From the NCBI GenBank assembly GCA_015657635.1, contig JACDQM010000034.1, positions 9,925-73,924 of the forward strand: a DNA stretch of 64,000 nucleotides, given 5' to 3'. Each line of letters opens with the position of its first letter. The first letter of the stretch is position 1. The translations under genes and the position numbers were made by a program. Positions 11,211-26,535 of this stretch are shown in pieces. The notes below the pieces were generated by a model that saw only the letters and a program-made list of their open reading frames with translations, was not told where the DNA came from and did no database searches. Source of the DNA: Roseateles sp. (GTDB lineage: Bacteria > Pseudomonadota > Gammaproteobacteria > Burkholderiales > Burkholderiaceae_C).

Positions 11211-11231
11211 ATTTGAAACGCTGTTTCGTTA
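11211..11231. promoter_or_regulatory. KdgR-like operator between divergent kdgK and udh
   Basis: attTGAAACGcTGTTTCGtta; an extra TGAAACA half-site lies at 11256-11262. Confidence 0.7.
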
Positions 11232-11289
11232 TTCTGATGGCGCAAGCACTCTTTTTGAAACAGTACTCACCCTGAGTTCCTGAACGCAC

Positions 11290-12144
11290 ATGGCCGCTGT
11301 CTCGACCGACACCCTCCCCGACGACCACACCCCAGCCCTGCTGCTGACGGGTGCGGCCGGCGCGCTGGGCCGCGTCCTGCGCTCGCCCCTGGGACGGCTG
11401 TGCGATGGAGGCCAGCCCTATGCCGCGCTGCGCCTGAGCGACCGGGCCGCGCTGGCCCAGCCCGCTGACCCGCATGAGCAGGACCACCCCTGCGAGCTGG
11501 CCGACCGCGCAGCGATGGAGATGCTATTGCAGGGCGTGGCCGCAGTTGTGCATCTGGGCGGCGTGGCGGTGGAGAGCCCGTTCGAGCCGATCTGCGAAGC
11601 CAATATCCGCGGCGTCTTCCACCTGTATGAAGCCGCTCGCCTGGCGGGCACGCGGCGCATCGTGCTGGCCAGCTCCAACCACGTCAGCGGCTGCTATGAA
11701 CAAGGTCAGCCCATCGGACCGGCCGATCTGCCGCGGCCCGATGGCTATTACGGTGTCAGCAAGCTGTTCGCCGAACAGATGGCGCAGCTCTATTGGGACC
11801 GCTACGGCATCGAGAGCGTCTGCCTGCGGCTGGGCACCGTGGCGGCCGAGCCGCAAGACCGGCGCGCCCTGTCCACTTGGCTGAGCTTCGGCGATCTGGA
11901 GCGTCTGGTGCGGGCTGCGCTGAGCGCCAAAGACGTGGGTTGCCTGACGGTCTACGGCGTGTCGGCCAATCCGGCGCGCTGGTGGAGCGACGCCGGTTGG
12001 GCGCAGCTGGGCTACCGCCCACAGGACAGCGCCGAGGCCTGGCGCGAGCAGGTGCAGCATGTCGGTCCGCCGGCCGATTCGCCGATGGCGCGGCTGCAGG
12101 GCGGCAGTTTCCTGGGCCTGGGTCCGTTCGAGCGCCAGCCATGA
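11290..12144 (+). CDS. udh: NAD-dependent uronate dehydrogenase (extended SDR/epimerase fold)
   Basis: LLTGAAGALG, HLGGVAVE, ASSNH, PRPDGYYGVSK, YWDRYGIESV and QGGSF match Udh. Followed by lactonase, TRAP and garD. Confidence 0.85.
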   Translation: MAAVSTDTLPDDHTPALLLTGAAGALGRVLRSPLGRLCDGGQPYAALRLSDRAALAQPADPHEQDHPCELADRAAMEMLLQGVAAVVHLGGVAVESPFEPICEANIRGVFHLYEAARLAGTRRIVLASSNHVSGCYEQGQPIGPADLPRPDGYYGVSKLFAEQMAQLYWDRYGIESVCLRLGTVAAEPQDRRALSTWLSFGDLERLVRAALSAKDVGCLTVYGVSANPARWWSDAGWAQLGYRPQDSAEAWREQVQHVGPPADSPMARLQGGSFLGLGPFERQP

Positions 12145-13073
12145 GCCTGAGCGCCCGCCCCGAGCTCTGGTGGCAAGGCCCCAGCGCGCTGGCCGAGAGC
12201 CCGCTGTGGTCGGCGCTGGAGCAAGCCTTCTACTGGGTGGATATCAGTGGCTGCCGCCTGTGGCGCCATGATGGCTCGACTGCAGCCGCGCAAAGCTGGG
12301 AGATGCCGACCCCACCCGGCTGCATCGCCTTGGGCTCCCAAGCCGGTGAGTTGCTGGTGGCGCTGAGCGACAGCGTGCAGCTGCTGAAGCTGCTGCCCCA
12401 AGGGCGTTGGACGGGCCGCCGCGTGGCCGGCGCCAACCACGCCCCAGACATGCGCTTCAACGATGGCCGCTGTGATCGGCAGGGGCGCTTCTGGGTCGGC
12501 AGCATGGCCTTGAACCCGGATGAGTCGCCCGCGCGCGGGCGGCTGGCGCGCCTGCAGCTCGCGGGCGAGCACGCCAGCTGGCAGCCGGCCCTGCGCGAGC
12601 AGATGCAGATCCCCAACGGGCTGGCCTTCAGTCCCGATGGCGCACGCCTGTACTTCAGCGACTCGCATCGCTCGCAGGCCCGGGTCTGGGTCTGCGACTA
12701 CGACCCGGCCACGGGCCAGGCTGCCGCACCGCGGCCCTTCATCGACCGCCTGGCTTGCGGCCGCCCGGACGGCGCGGCGGTGGATGCCGACGGCGGCTAC
12801 TGGATCTGCGCCAACGACGGCGCTGCCGTGCTGCGCTACACGCCGACCGGCGTGCTGGACCGGCGCATCGATCTGCCGGTGGCCAAGCCCACCATGTGCG
12901 CTTTTGGCGGGCCGGACTTGGCCACGCTCTTGATCACGACCATGCGCCCTGCAGGCCCTGGTTTGTCTGCGACCCCGCTGGACGGCGCGCTGTTTGCGCT
13001 GTGTCCGGGGGTCACGGGCCTGGTGGAGACCCCCTTCGCGGGTGGACGCCAGCCCTTCTCACACGATGACTGA
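12141..13073 (+). CDS. SMP-30/gluconolactonase-family lactonase (probable galactaro-lactonase)
   Basis: [35 protein letters not shown] and [15 protein letters not shown] motifs; ATGA overlap with udh. Confidence 0.88.
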   Translation: MSLSARPELWWQGPSALAESPLWSALEQAFYWVDISGCRLWRHDGSTAAAQSWEMPTPPGCIALGSQAGELLVALSDSVQLLKLLPQGRWTGRRVAGANHAPDMRFNDGRCDRQGRFWVGSMALNPDESPARGRLARLQLAGEHASWQPALREQMQIPNGLAFSPDGARLYFSDSHRSQARVWVCDYDPATGQAAAPRPFIDRLACGRPDGAAVDADGGYWICANDGAAVLRYTPTGVLDRRIDLPVAKPTMCAFGGPDLATLLITTMRPAGPGLSATPLDGALFALCPGVTGLVETPFAGGRQPFSHDD

Positions 13074-13095
13074 CAAACCCTGCGAGGAGACAAAA

Positions 13096-14076
13096 ATGAA
13101 CCGAACCCGTTTGACATTGACCACAGGCCTGATCGCCGCGGCGCTGGCCACACTGAGCCAAGGCGCCAGCGCGATGCAGCTGCGCTCGGCCGATGTGCAC
13201 AACAGCGACGACTACCCCACCGTGGCTGCCGTCCGCCATATGGGCGAACTGCTGAGCCAACGCAGCGGCGGCAAGTTCACAACCAAGGTCTTCAACAAGG
13301 GCGCGCTGGGCAGCGAGAAGGAAACCATCGACCAGGTCAAGATCGGCGCCCTGGAGATGACGCGGGTCAACATCAGCCCGATGAATGCGATCTGCGCCAA
13401 GACCCAGGTGCCGACCATGCCCTTCCTGTTCCGCTCGGTGGAGCACATGCGCAAGAGCCTGGACGGCCCGGCCGGCGAGGAGATCCTGAAGAGCTGCGAA
13501 CCCCAGGGCTTCATCGGTCTGGCCTTCTACGACAGCGGCGCGCGCTCGATCTACGGCCGCAAGCCCGTCAAGACCGTGGCCGATGCCAAGGGCATGAAGA
13601 TCCGCGTGCAGCAGTCCGATCTGTGGGTGGCCCTGATCGGCGCCATGGGCGCCAATGCCACGCCGATGCCGATCGGCGAGGTCTACACCGGGCTGAAGAC
13701 CGGCCTGATTGATGCGGCCGAGAACAATGTGCCTTCCTACGAAGGCTTCAAGCACTTCGAGGCGGTGAAATTTCTGTCCAGGACCGAGCATTCGATGGCG
13801 CCCGAGATGCTGTTGATGAGCAAGCTGGTGTTCGACAAGCTGAGCAAGGCAGAACAGGACATGATCCGCGCTGCGGCCAAGGAGTCAGTGGCCTTCCAGC
13901 GCAAGAAGTGGGACGAGCAGGAAGCCAGGTCGATGGCCTCGGTCAAAGCGAGCGGGGCTGAAATCATCGACGTCGACAAGGCGTCGTTCCAGGCGGTGAT
14001 GGCGCCGGTCTATGCCAAGTTCATGACCACGCCTGACCTGCAGCGCCTGGTCAAGACCATCCAGGACAGCAAATGA
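13096..14076 (+). CDS. dctP: TRAP transporter substrate-binding protein (uronate-type)
   Basis: Signal peptide; [43 protein letters not shown] motifs. Confidence 0.92.
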   Translation: MNRTRLTLTTGLIAAALATLSQGASAMQLRSADVHNSDDYPTVAAVRHMGELLSQRSGGKFTTKVFNKGALGSEKETIDQVKIGALEMTRVNISPMNAICAKTQVPTMPFLFRSVEHMRKSLDGPAGEEILKSCEPQGFIGLAFYDSGARSIYGRKPVKTVADAKGMKIRVQQSDLWVALIGAMGANATPMPIGEVYTGLKTGLIDAAENNVPSYEGFKHFEAVKFLSRTEHSMAPEMLLMSKLVFDKLSKAEQDMIRAAAKESVAFQRKKWDEQEARSMASVKASGAEIIDVDKASFQAVMAPVYAKFMTTPDLQRLVKTIQDSK

Positions 14077-14615
14077 GCGCGTCGGTGCTGAGGCAGAGCC
14101 CGGCACCGGCACCCGGAACAGCAGGCTGGTTCACCCGCCTCTGCGCCAGCCTCTCCAAGCTGGCGCTGATGGTTGCGGTGGCGGGCCTGCTGGCCGTGGT
14201 GCTGTGCGTGCAATACCAGGTGGTCGGCCGCTATCTGTTCAACGACACACCCACCTGGGCCGAGGCGCTGGCGATGCTGCTGGTGCTCTATGTCACGGCG
14301 TTGGGCGTGGCGGTGGGCGTGCGGGATGCCGGTCACATCGGGCTTGAATCCCTGCTGGTGCTGCTGCCCGAGAGACTGCGCCGCAAGCTGGAAATCCTGA
14401 TCCACCTGCTGGTGGCACTGTTCGGCGCCCTGATGCTGAAGGCGGGCTGGCTGTGGACCACGCTCAAGTGGGCCGAGAAGAAGCCCATGCTGGGCGTGCC
14501 CGAAGGCATGGACTATCTGCCGCTGGTGATCGCCGGCGCGCTGATCATCCTTTTCTCGATTGAACATGTCGTCGCGTTGCTGCGCGGCCAACAGGTGGAG
14601 CCCGCATGGAACTGA
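14073..14615 (+). CDS. dctQ: TRAP transporter small permease
   Basis: Four TM segments; [16 protein letters not shown] and GHIG motifs; between dctP and dctM. Confidence 0.9.
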   Translation: MSASVLRQSPAPAPGTAGWFTRLCASLSKLALMVAVAGLLAVVLCVQYQVVGRYLFNDTPTWAEALAMLLVLYVTALGVAVGVRDAGHIGLESLLVLLPERLRRKLEILIHLLVALFGALMLKAGWLWTTLKWAEKKPMLGVPEGMDYLPLVIAGALIILFSIEHVVALLRGQQVEPAWN

Positions 14616-15895
14616 CGATTCTTGGCTTCAGCTTCGCGCTGCTGCTGATGCTTGGCGTGCCGGTAGCCTTCGCCATCGGCCTGGCCTCGGTGGCCACCAT
14701 CATCGCCGCCGGCCTGCCCGTGGCCGTGGTGTTCCAGAAGATGGTCGGCGGCATGCAGGTGTTCAGCTTCCTCGCGATTCCCTTCTTCGTGTTCGCCGGC
14801 GAGCTGATGCTCTATGGCGGCATCGCCGAACGCATCATCCGTTTCGCCAACAGCCTGGTCGGCCATGTGCGGGGCGGGCTCGGCATGAGTAATGTGGTGG
14901 GCTGCACGCTGTTCGGCGGCGTGGCCGGCTCGCCGCTGGCCGATGTCTCGGCCATGGGCTCGGTGATGATCCCGATGATGAAGAAGGAAGGCTACGACGC
15001 CGACTACGCCGTCAACGTCACCACCCACGCCTCGCTGGTGGGCGCGCTGATGCCGACCTCGCACAACCTGATCATCTTCACGCTCGCGGCAGCCGGCATC
15101 GCCTCGGTCAGCGTGTTCAGCCTGATCCTGGCGGCCCTGATACCGGCCGTGCTGCTCACGGTCTGCAATCTGGTCGCCGCCTATGGCGTGGCCGTCAAGC
15201 GGGGCTATCCGACGCATGGCACCTTCCCGGGCTGGCCTGCCGTGATGAAGGCCTTCGGCGCCGCACTGCCCGGCCTGCTGGTGGTGGTGATCATCCTGGT
15301 GGGCATCCTCAGCGGCGTCTTCACCGCCACCGAGTCGGCGGCGACAGCGGTGTTCTGGGCGCTGGCCATCACGGTGCTGGCCTACCGCTCACTGAGCTGG
15401 CAGAACTTCCTGAAGGCCTGCGCCAAGGCTTGCAAGACCACCGGCGTGGTGCTTTTCCTGATCGGCATCTCCTCGGCCTTCGGCTACTTCATGGCACTCT
15501 ATGAAGTGCCGCAGAAGACCGGCGAGCTGATGCAGTGGGTGACCAACGAGCCCTGGCTGATCTTCCTGATGGTCAATCTGCTGCTGTTCGTGCTGGGCAC
15601 CTTCCTGGACATGGCGGCCACCATCCTGATCTGCACGCCGATCTTTCTGCCCATCTGTCAGAAGTTCGGCATGGATCCGACGCAGTTCGGCATCGTCATG
15701 CTGCTCAACTGTTCGCTGGGCCTCAACACCCCGCCGGTGGGCACGACCCAGTTCGTCGGCTGTGCCATCGGGCAGATCTCGGTCGGCGAGGTGATGCGTT
15801 CGATCTGGCCGTTCTACGGCGCCCTGATCGTCACGCTGATGCTGGTCACCTATGTGCCCGCCTTCTCGCTGTGGCTGCCGGGACTGATGAAGTGA
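14606..15895 (+). CDS. dctM: TRAP transporter large permease
   Basis: [27 protein letters not shown] and TPPVGT motifs. Confidence 0.92.
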   Translation: MELTILGFSFALLLMLGVPVAFAIGLASVATIIAAGLPVAVVFQKMVGGMQVFSFLAIPFFVFAGELMLYGGIAERIIRFANSLVGHVRGGLGMSNVVGCTLFGGVAGSPLADVSAMGSVMIPMMKKEGYDADYAVNVTTHASLVGALMPTSHNLIIFTLAAAGIASVSVFSLILAALIPAVLLTVCNLVAAYGVAVKRGYPTHGTFPGWPAVMKAFGAALPGLLVVVIILVGILSGVFTATESAATAVFWALAITVLAYRSLSWQNFLKACAKACKTTGVVLFLIGISSAFGYFMALYEVPQKTGELMQWVTNEPWLIFLMVNLLLFVLGTFLDMAATILICTPIFLPICQKFGMDPTQFGIVMLLNCSLGLNTPPVGTTQFVGCAIGQISVGEVMRSIWPFYGALIVTLMLVTYVPAFSLWLPGLMK

Positions 15896-15905
15896 GGACC
15901 AGACC

Positions 15906-17447
15906 ATGAGCACAGCTCCTCGCCGCATCCGCATGCATGAGCGCGACAACGTCGCCATCGTGGTGAACGACGGCGGCCTGCCCGCCGGCACGCGCTTTGA
16001 GGACGGCCTGTGCCTGGTCGATGCCGTGCCGCAGGGCCACAAGCTGGCCCTGCACGCCATCGCGGCCGGCCAGCCGGTGCTGCGCTACGGCGTCTGCATC
16101 GGCCATGCACGCCAGCCGATTGCCACAGGGGCCTGGGTGCACGAGCGCCTGCTGCAGATGCCCGAGGCCCGCGCGCTGGACCAGCCCTTGCCCCGGCCTG
16201 AGCCGGCCCCGGCGCTGGCGCCCTTGGCCGGCTACAGCTTCCAGGGCTATCGCAATGCCGATGGTTCGGTGGGCACGCGCAACATCCTGGCCATCTCCAC
16301 CACGGTGCAATGCGTGGCCGGCGTGCTGAACCTGGCGCTGCAGCGCATCAAGGCTGAGCTGCTGCCGCTGTATCCGAACGTGGATGACGTGGTGGCGATC
16401 GAGCATGCCTACGGCTGCGGCGTCGCGATCGACGCGCCCGGCGCCGAGATCCCGATCCGCACGCTGCGCAATCTGGCGCTCAACCCCAACTTCGGCGGCG
16501 AGGTGATGCTGGTCTCGCTGGGCTGCGAGAAGCTGCAGCCGGATCGCCTGCTGCCACCGGGCAGCCTGCCGATCGCCGATGCCCAGGCCAGCAGCCGCGT
16601 GCGCCTGCAGGACGAGCAGCATGTGGGGCTGGGCTCGATGCTGGACAGCATCCTGGCGCAGGCCCGGGCGCACCTGGAACGGCTGAACCGACGCCAACGC
16701 GAAACCGTGCCGGCCAGCGAGCTGGTCGTGGGTCTGCAATGCGGCGGCAGCGACGCCTTCTCGGGCGTCACCGCCAACCCGGCGCTGGGCTTCTGCGCCG
16801 ATCTGCTGGTGCGCGCGGGCGCCACCGTGATGTTCTCGGAAGTCACCGAGGTGCGCGACGCGGTCGACCAGCTCGTCTCGCGGGCGGCCGATGCCGAGGT
16901 GGCCGAGGCCATCCAGCGCGAGCTGGCCTGGTACGACGCCTATCTGCAACGCGGCCGCAGCGACCGCAGCGCCAACACCACACCCGGCAACAAGGCGGGC
17001 GGACTGAGCAATATCGTCGAGAAGGCGATGGGGTCCGTCGTCAAGTCAGGCACGGCGCCCATCGCCGGCGTGGTGCCGCCGGGCGAGCGTGCCTGCAGCA
17101 AGGGCCTGCTGTTCGCCGCCACGCCGGCCAGCGACTTTGTCTGCGGCACCTTGCAGCTGGCCGCCGGCATGAATATGCATGTGTTCACCACCGGCCGCGG
17201 CACGCCCTACGGCCTGGCGGCCTGCCCGGTGATCAAGGTCGCCACGCGCACGGAGCTGGCCACCCGATGGCATGACCTGATGGACCTGGACGCCGGCCGC
17301 ATCGCCAGCGGCGAGGCCAGCATCGAGACCATGGGCTGGGAACTCTTTCATCTGATGCTGGACGTGGCCAGCGGCCGCCGCACCTGGTCCGAGCGCTGGG
17401 GCCTGCACAACGCCATGGTGCTGTTCAGTCCGGCGCCGATCACCTGA
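15906..17447 (+). CDS. garD: Galactarate dehydratase (UxaA/GarD family)
   Basis: [14 protein letters not shown] domain; [49 protein letters not shown] motifs; ends PAPIT. Confidence 0.92.
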   Translation: MSTAPRRIRMHERDNVAIVVNDGGLPAGTRFEDGLCLVDAVPQGHKLALHAIAAGQPVLRYGVCIGHARQPIATGAWVHERLLQMPEARALDQPLPRPEPAPALAPLAGYSFQGYRNADGSVGTRNILAISTTVQCVAGVLNLALQRIKAELLPLYPNVDDVVAIEHAYGCGVAIDAPGAEIPIRTLRNLALNPNFGGEVMLVSLGCEKLQPDRLLPPGSLPIADAQASSRVRLQDEQHVGLGSMLDSILAQARAHLERLNRRQRETVPASELVVGLQCGGSDAFSGVTANPALGFCADLLVRAGATVMFSEVTEVRDAVDQLVSRAADAEVAEAIQRELAWYDAYLQRGRSDRSANTTPGNKAGGLSNIVEKAMGSVVKSGTAPIAGVVPPGERACSKGLLFAATPASDFVCGTLQLAAGMNMHVFTTGRGTPYGLAACPVIKVATRTELATRWHDLMDLDAGRIASGEASIETMGWELFHLMLDVASGRRTWSERWGLHNAMVLFSPAPIT

Positions 17448-17471
17448 GGCCTGCGGCGCGGGCTTCGCCCA

Positions 17472-17726
17472 TCAGATGGCCTTGGCCAGCTTGGCTGCGG
17501 CCAGCTTCAGGTCGCTCGGGGCGGCCCGGCGACCGGTGACGACAACCTGCGGCAAGCGCGCCACCTCGGCCGAGCTCTGCATGCGCTTGCCGACGATCAC
17601 GACCCGCTCCAGCTGCACGATCTCGGTCGCCGGCTGTGGCACCGGACCCGCAAAGCCCAGGGCAATGGCGGCGACGCCGGTGCAGACGATGGCGGCAAGG
17701 ACAAGTGCTTTGGAGGGGGTGGTCAT
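17472..17726 (-). CDS. Small (84 aa) exported or membrane-anchored protein with two TonB-box-like motifs
   Basis: MTTPSKALVLAAIVCTGVAAIALGFA hydrophobic leader, then LERVVIVGKR and LPQVVVTGRR; GGGAG RBS before ATG 17726. Confidence 0.7.
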   Translation of the reverse strand: MTTPSKALVLAAIVCTGVAAIALGFAGPVPQPATEIVQLERVVIVGKRMQSSAEVARLPQVVVTGRRAAPSDLKLAAAKLAKAI

Positions 17727-18069
17727 CTGAGGCTCCCGTTGTGTTTTGCTGTTGGAATGCCTGCAGTGTCGGTTTCGACCGGCTGCCACACCAGCGCCGA
17801 GCGATGAGCTGCATGCCCGGCTGCATGACTTGTCATTGGCGACGATGTGCTGTCCTGCCACCCCGCCGCGGTCGACTGCCCGGGCGCCACTGCCGCCCTG
17901 GCGCACAGAGTCAAGGGTTTTCACCAATCTCCCTTCAGCCCCGTCGCTGGCGGCCGAAGTGCCAAGTACCCGCGCCGACACAACTTGGCCACAGTGCGTT
18001 CGCTGGAGCGGCGGCTTCGCGCCTACGATTGCAGCATGGTCTTTCGGTGAGGACAGGAGCAACACGCGG

Positions 18070-22239
<4,170 letters not shown>

Positions 22240-22271
22240 GCCCAGGCATTCCGAGCACCAAGGAGCACCGC

Positions 22272-23429
22272 ATGGAAAGCAGCGAGTACCTTCCACGTCC
22301 CACCGTGCTGGTGGTCGACGACACGCCCGACAACCTGAGTCTGATGGGCGCCCTGCTGAAGGACCTCTACAAGGTGAAGGTCGCCAACTCTGGCGAGCGG
22401 GCACTGAAGATCGCCATGGCCGACACACCGCCGGACATCATCCTGCTGGACATCATGATGCCGGAGATGGACGGCTACGAGGTGTGTCGGCGGCTGAAGG
22501 CCGAGCCGCGCACCCAGGACATTCCGGTGGTCTTCCTGACGGCCAAGAACGAGATCGAGGACGAGGCCCTGGGCTTCGAGGTCGGCGCTGTGGACTACAT
22601 CACCAAGCCTCTGTCGCCGCCGCTCGTGCTGGCGCGCGTCAAGGCGCAGCTGCAGCTGAAGTCGGCTGCCGACTTCCTGCGCGACAAGGCCAGCTTCCTG
22701 GAAAGCGAGGTCCAGCGCCGCACGCGCGAGGTCGCGGCCATCCAGGATGTCACCATCCTGGCCATGGCCTCGCTGGCCGAAACGCGAGACTCGGACACCG
22801 GCAACCACATCCGACGCACCCAGCACTACGTGCGCGCGCTGGCGCGCGCGCTGCAGAACCACCCCCGCTTTGCCCACTTCCTCAACGACCACACGATCGA
22901 GCTGCTCTACAAGTCGGCACCGCTGCACGACATCGGCAAGGTGGGCATACCGGACCGCATTCTGCTGAAGCCGGGGCGCTTCGAGCCGCACGAATTCGAG
23001 ATCATGAAGTCGCACACGACCCTGGGGCTCGAAGCGATCGAGCATGCCGAGCAGACGCTGGGCACCGAGGTCGAATTCCTCAGGGTCGCCAAGGAGATCG
23101 CCTACAGCCACCAGGAGAAGTGGGACGGCAGCGGCTATCCCCAGGGCCTGGCCGGAGATGCCATCCCGATCTCGGCCCGCCTGATGGCCATCGCCGATGT
23201 CTACGATGCCGTCATCAGCCGGCGCGTCTACAAGGAAGGCATGTCGCACGAGGAGGCCTGGCGCGTCATCGAACTGGGGCGCGGCAAGCATTTCGACCCG
23301 GATGTCGCCGAGGCCGCGATGGCCATCGCCGAAGAATTCAAGGCCATCGCCACCCGCTTCGCCGATACCGATGCGGATATGAAGCGCAAGTCCGACTACC
23401 TGGGTCACGCGGGCATTGGCAAGAGCTAG
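22272..23429 (+). CDS. Response regulator with REC + HD-GYP cyclic-di-GMP phosphodiesterase domain (RpfG-like)
   Basis: VVDD..LLDIMMP..KP receiver; HDIGKVGIPD, HQEKWDGSGYP and ADVYDA HD-GYP motifs. Confidence 0.92.
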   Translation: MESSEYLPRPTVLVVDDTPDNLSLMGALLKDLYKVKVANSGERALKIAMADTPPDIILLDIMMPEMDGYEVCRRLKAEPRTQDIPVVFLTAKNEIEDEALGFEVGAVDYITKPLSPPLVLARVKAQLQLKSAADFLRDKASFLESEVQRRTREVAAIQDVTILAMASLAETRDSDTGNHIRRTQHYVRALARALQNHPRFAHFLNDHTIELLYKSAPLHDIGKVGIPDRILLKPGRFEPHEFEIMKSHTTLGLEAIEHAEQTLGTEVEFLRVAKEIAYSHQEKWDGSGYPQGLAGDAIPISARLMAIADVYDAVISRRVYKEGMSHEEAWRVIELGRGKHFDPDVAEAAMAIAEEFKAIATRFADTDADMKRKSDYLGHAGIGKS

Positions 23430-23600
23430 ACCCTGGGCCCGCAAGAAGATGCGGGCCTGCCGCGCGTCGAGGCGAAGACCAGCAGGCGCGTCGCCACTCT
23501 CAAGCCGCCAGCGGCCATGGCATCATGCGGTGCATGCTCGCCAACAGCGGCTCGCCAACAGCGAACGGTCTGCACACCTAGCCGAGGTCAGCTCCCCGTC

Positions 23601-24035
23601 ATGTCACTCGAAGCCATTGCCTACACCAGCAGCGCGGTTCCAGGCCTCACCGAGGCGAGTCTCGAACACCTGCTGACACGCGCACGCCGCAACAACGAAG
23701 TGCTGGGCGTGAGCGGGGTGCTGCTCTTTCACGATGGTTCCTTCCTGCAGTATTTCGAAGGTCCTCCGGAGGCCGTGAGGCAGGTTTATGAGCGCATCCA
23801 GCGCTCGCCGATGCATCGCGACATCATCGAACTGATACGCGGCCCGATCGAAGAGCGAAGCTTCAGCAACTGGCTCATGGGCTTCACGCGCGTGCCGGAA
23901 TCCTCCGCACTCCAGATGTCCAACGCCTCCTGGAAGACGCGCCTGAGCCAAGCCAATCGGGCTGCCTCGGCCGCCGATTCCGATGGTCTGGATCTGCTGA
24001 AGCAGTTCTGGGCTTCGAACCGCGGCGCCGGATAG
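23601..24035 (+). CDS. Stand-alone BLUF blue-light (flavin) sensor protein
   Basis: IAYTS, ARRNN..GVSGVLL, FLQYFEG, and FSNWLMG, with the conserved Tyr/Gln/Trp/Met. Confidence 0.9.
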   Translation: MSLEAIAYTSSAVPGLTEASLEHLLTRARRNNEVLGVSGVLLFHDGSFLQYFEGPPEAVRQVYERIQRSPMHRDIIELIRGPIEERSFSNWLMGFTRVPESSALQMSNASWKTRLSQANRAASAADSDGLDLLKQFWASNRGAG

Positions 24036-24133
24036 CCTTCTGGCGAACTCCGGGCTGAGCCGCCGCAGCGCGGTCTTGCCCGGTTGCCCGGCCTGTCGGG
24101 GACGCGGCCAGTCGGTGCATCCGACATCTGCCT

Positions 24134-24160
24134 CTTGAAAGCCGGGCGCGCACCCATATA
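24134..24160 (+). promoter_or_regulatory. Sigma-32 (RpoH) heat-shock promoter of groESL
   Basis: CTTGAAA (24134-24140), 12-nt spacer, CCCATAT (24153-24159). Confidence 0.8.
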
Positions 24161-24169
24161 ATCGTTCTG

Positions 24170-24196
24170 CTAGCACTCACCCGACTAGAGTGCTAA
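24170..24196. promoter_or_regulatory. CIRCE element (HrcA operator)
   Basis: cTAGCACTC-N9-GAGTGCTAA, one mismatch from the TTAGCACTC-N9-GAGTGCTAA consensus, upstream of groES. Confidence 0.92.
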
Positions 24197-24297
24197 TTGC
24201 TCAGCAGACTCAGGTTCGGCTGGGTATTCGCATCTGAATGGATGCCCGGTCCCCGGGCATCCAGGCTTCAAGCACCGAGAACTCTCAAGGAGAAGTG

Positions 24298-24588
24298 ATG
24301 AAACTGCGTCCTCTGCACGATCGCGTGATCGTTAAGCGCCTGGAACAAGAAACCAAGACCGCTTCGGGCATCGTCATCCCTGACGCCGCTGCCGAAAAGC
24401 CGGATCAAGGCGAAGTGCTGGCCGTCGGCGCTGGCAAGCGCAACGACAAGGGCGACCTGATCGCACTGAACGTCAAGGTCGGTGACCGCGTGCTGTTCGG
24501 CAAGTACTCGGGCCAGACCGTCAAGGTTGATGGCGACGAGTTGCTCGTGATGCGCGAAGAAGACCTGTTCGCCGTCGTCGAGAAATAA
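24298..24588 (+). CDS. groES: Co-chaperonin GroES
   Basis: [29 protein letters not shown] and [12 protein letters not shown] motifs. Confidence 0.98.
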   Translation: MKLRPLHDRVIVKRLEQETKTASGIVIPDAAAEKPDQGEVLAVGAGKRNDKGDLIALNVKVGDRVLFGKYSGQTVKVDGDELLVMREEDLFAVVEK

Positions 24589-24704
24589 AGCTACTGCGCG
24601 ACGCGCTGGCGTCGTTGGTCGGTGCTCGGGATCCTCACGTACAGGAAGTACGTTCCGGTCCCTCCGCGCCGCCCGCCTAGCCAGCACGCCGCTCGCTACG
24701 CTTT
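24587..24704. repeat. ERIC/MITE-like long imperfect palindrome in the groES-groEL spacer
   Basis: Nested pairings AAAGC/GCTTT, GCTGGC/GCCAGC, GGGATC/GGTCCC and apical ACGTAC-aggaa-GTACGT. The spacer is 180 bp. Confidence 0.55.
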
Positions 24705-24738
24705 CCTGCCCGGCCATCGCTCGGTGAAGCAAGCGTAG

Positions 24739-26415
<1,677 letters not shown>

Positions 26416-26444
26416 GTCCGGTCCGGGCAGTTTTTTGCTCAATG

Positions 26445-26474
26445 AAGGGGTCGTCGAAAGACGACCCCTTTTTT
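26445..26474 (+). terminator. Rho-independent terminator of groESL
   Basis: AAGGGGTCGTC-GAAA-GACGACCCCTT followed by a T-run. Confidence 0.9.
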
Positions 26475-26535
26475 CATGCGGCGGCCGTTCGATAATCGGC
26501 GCGATTCCTCCGCCAGGGTTCCGCCCCAATCGCTC

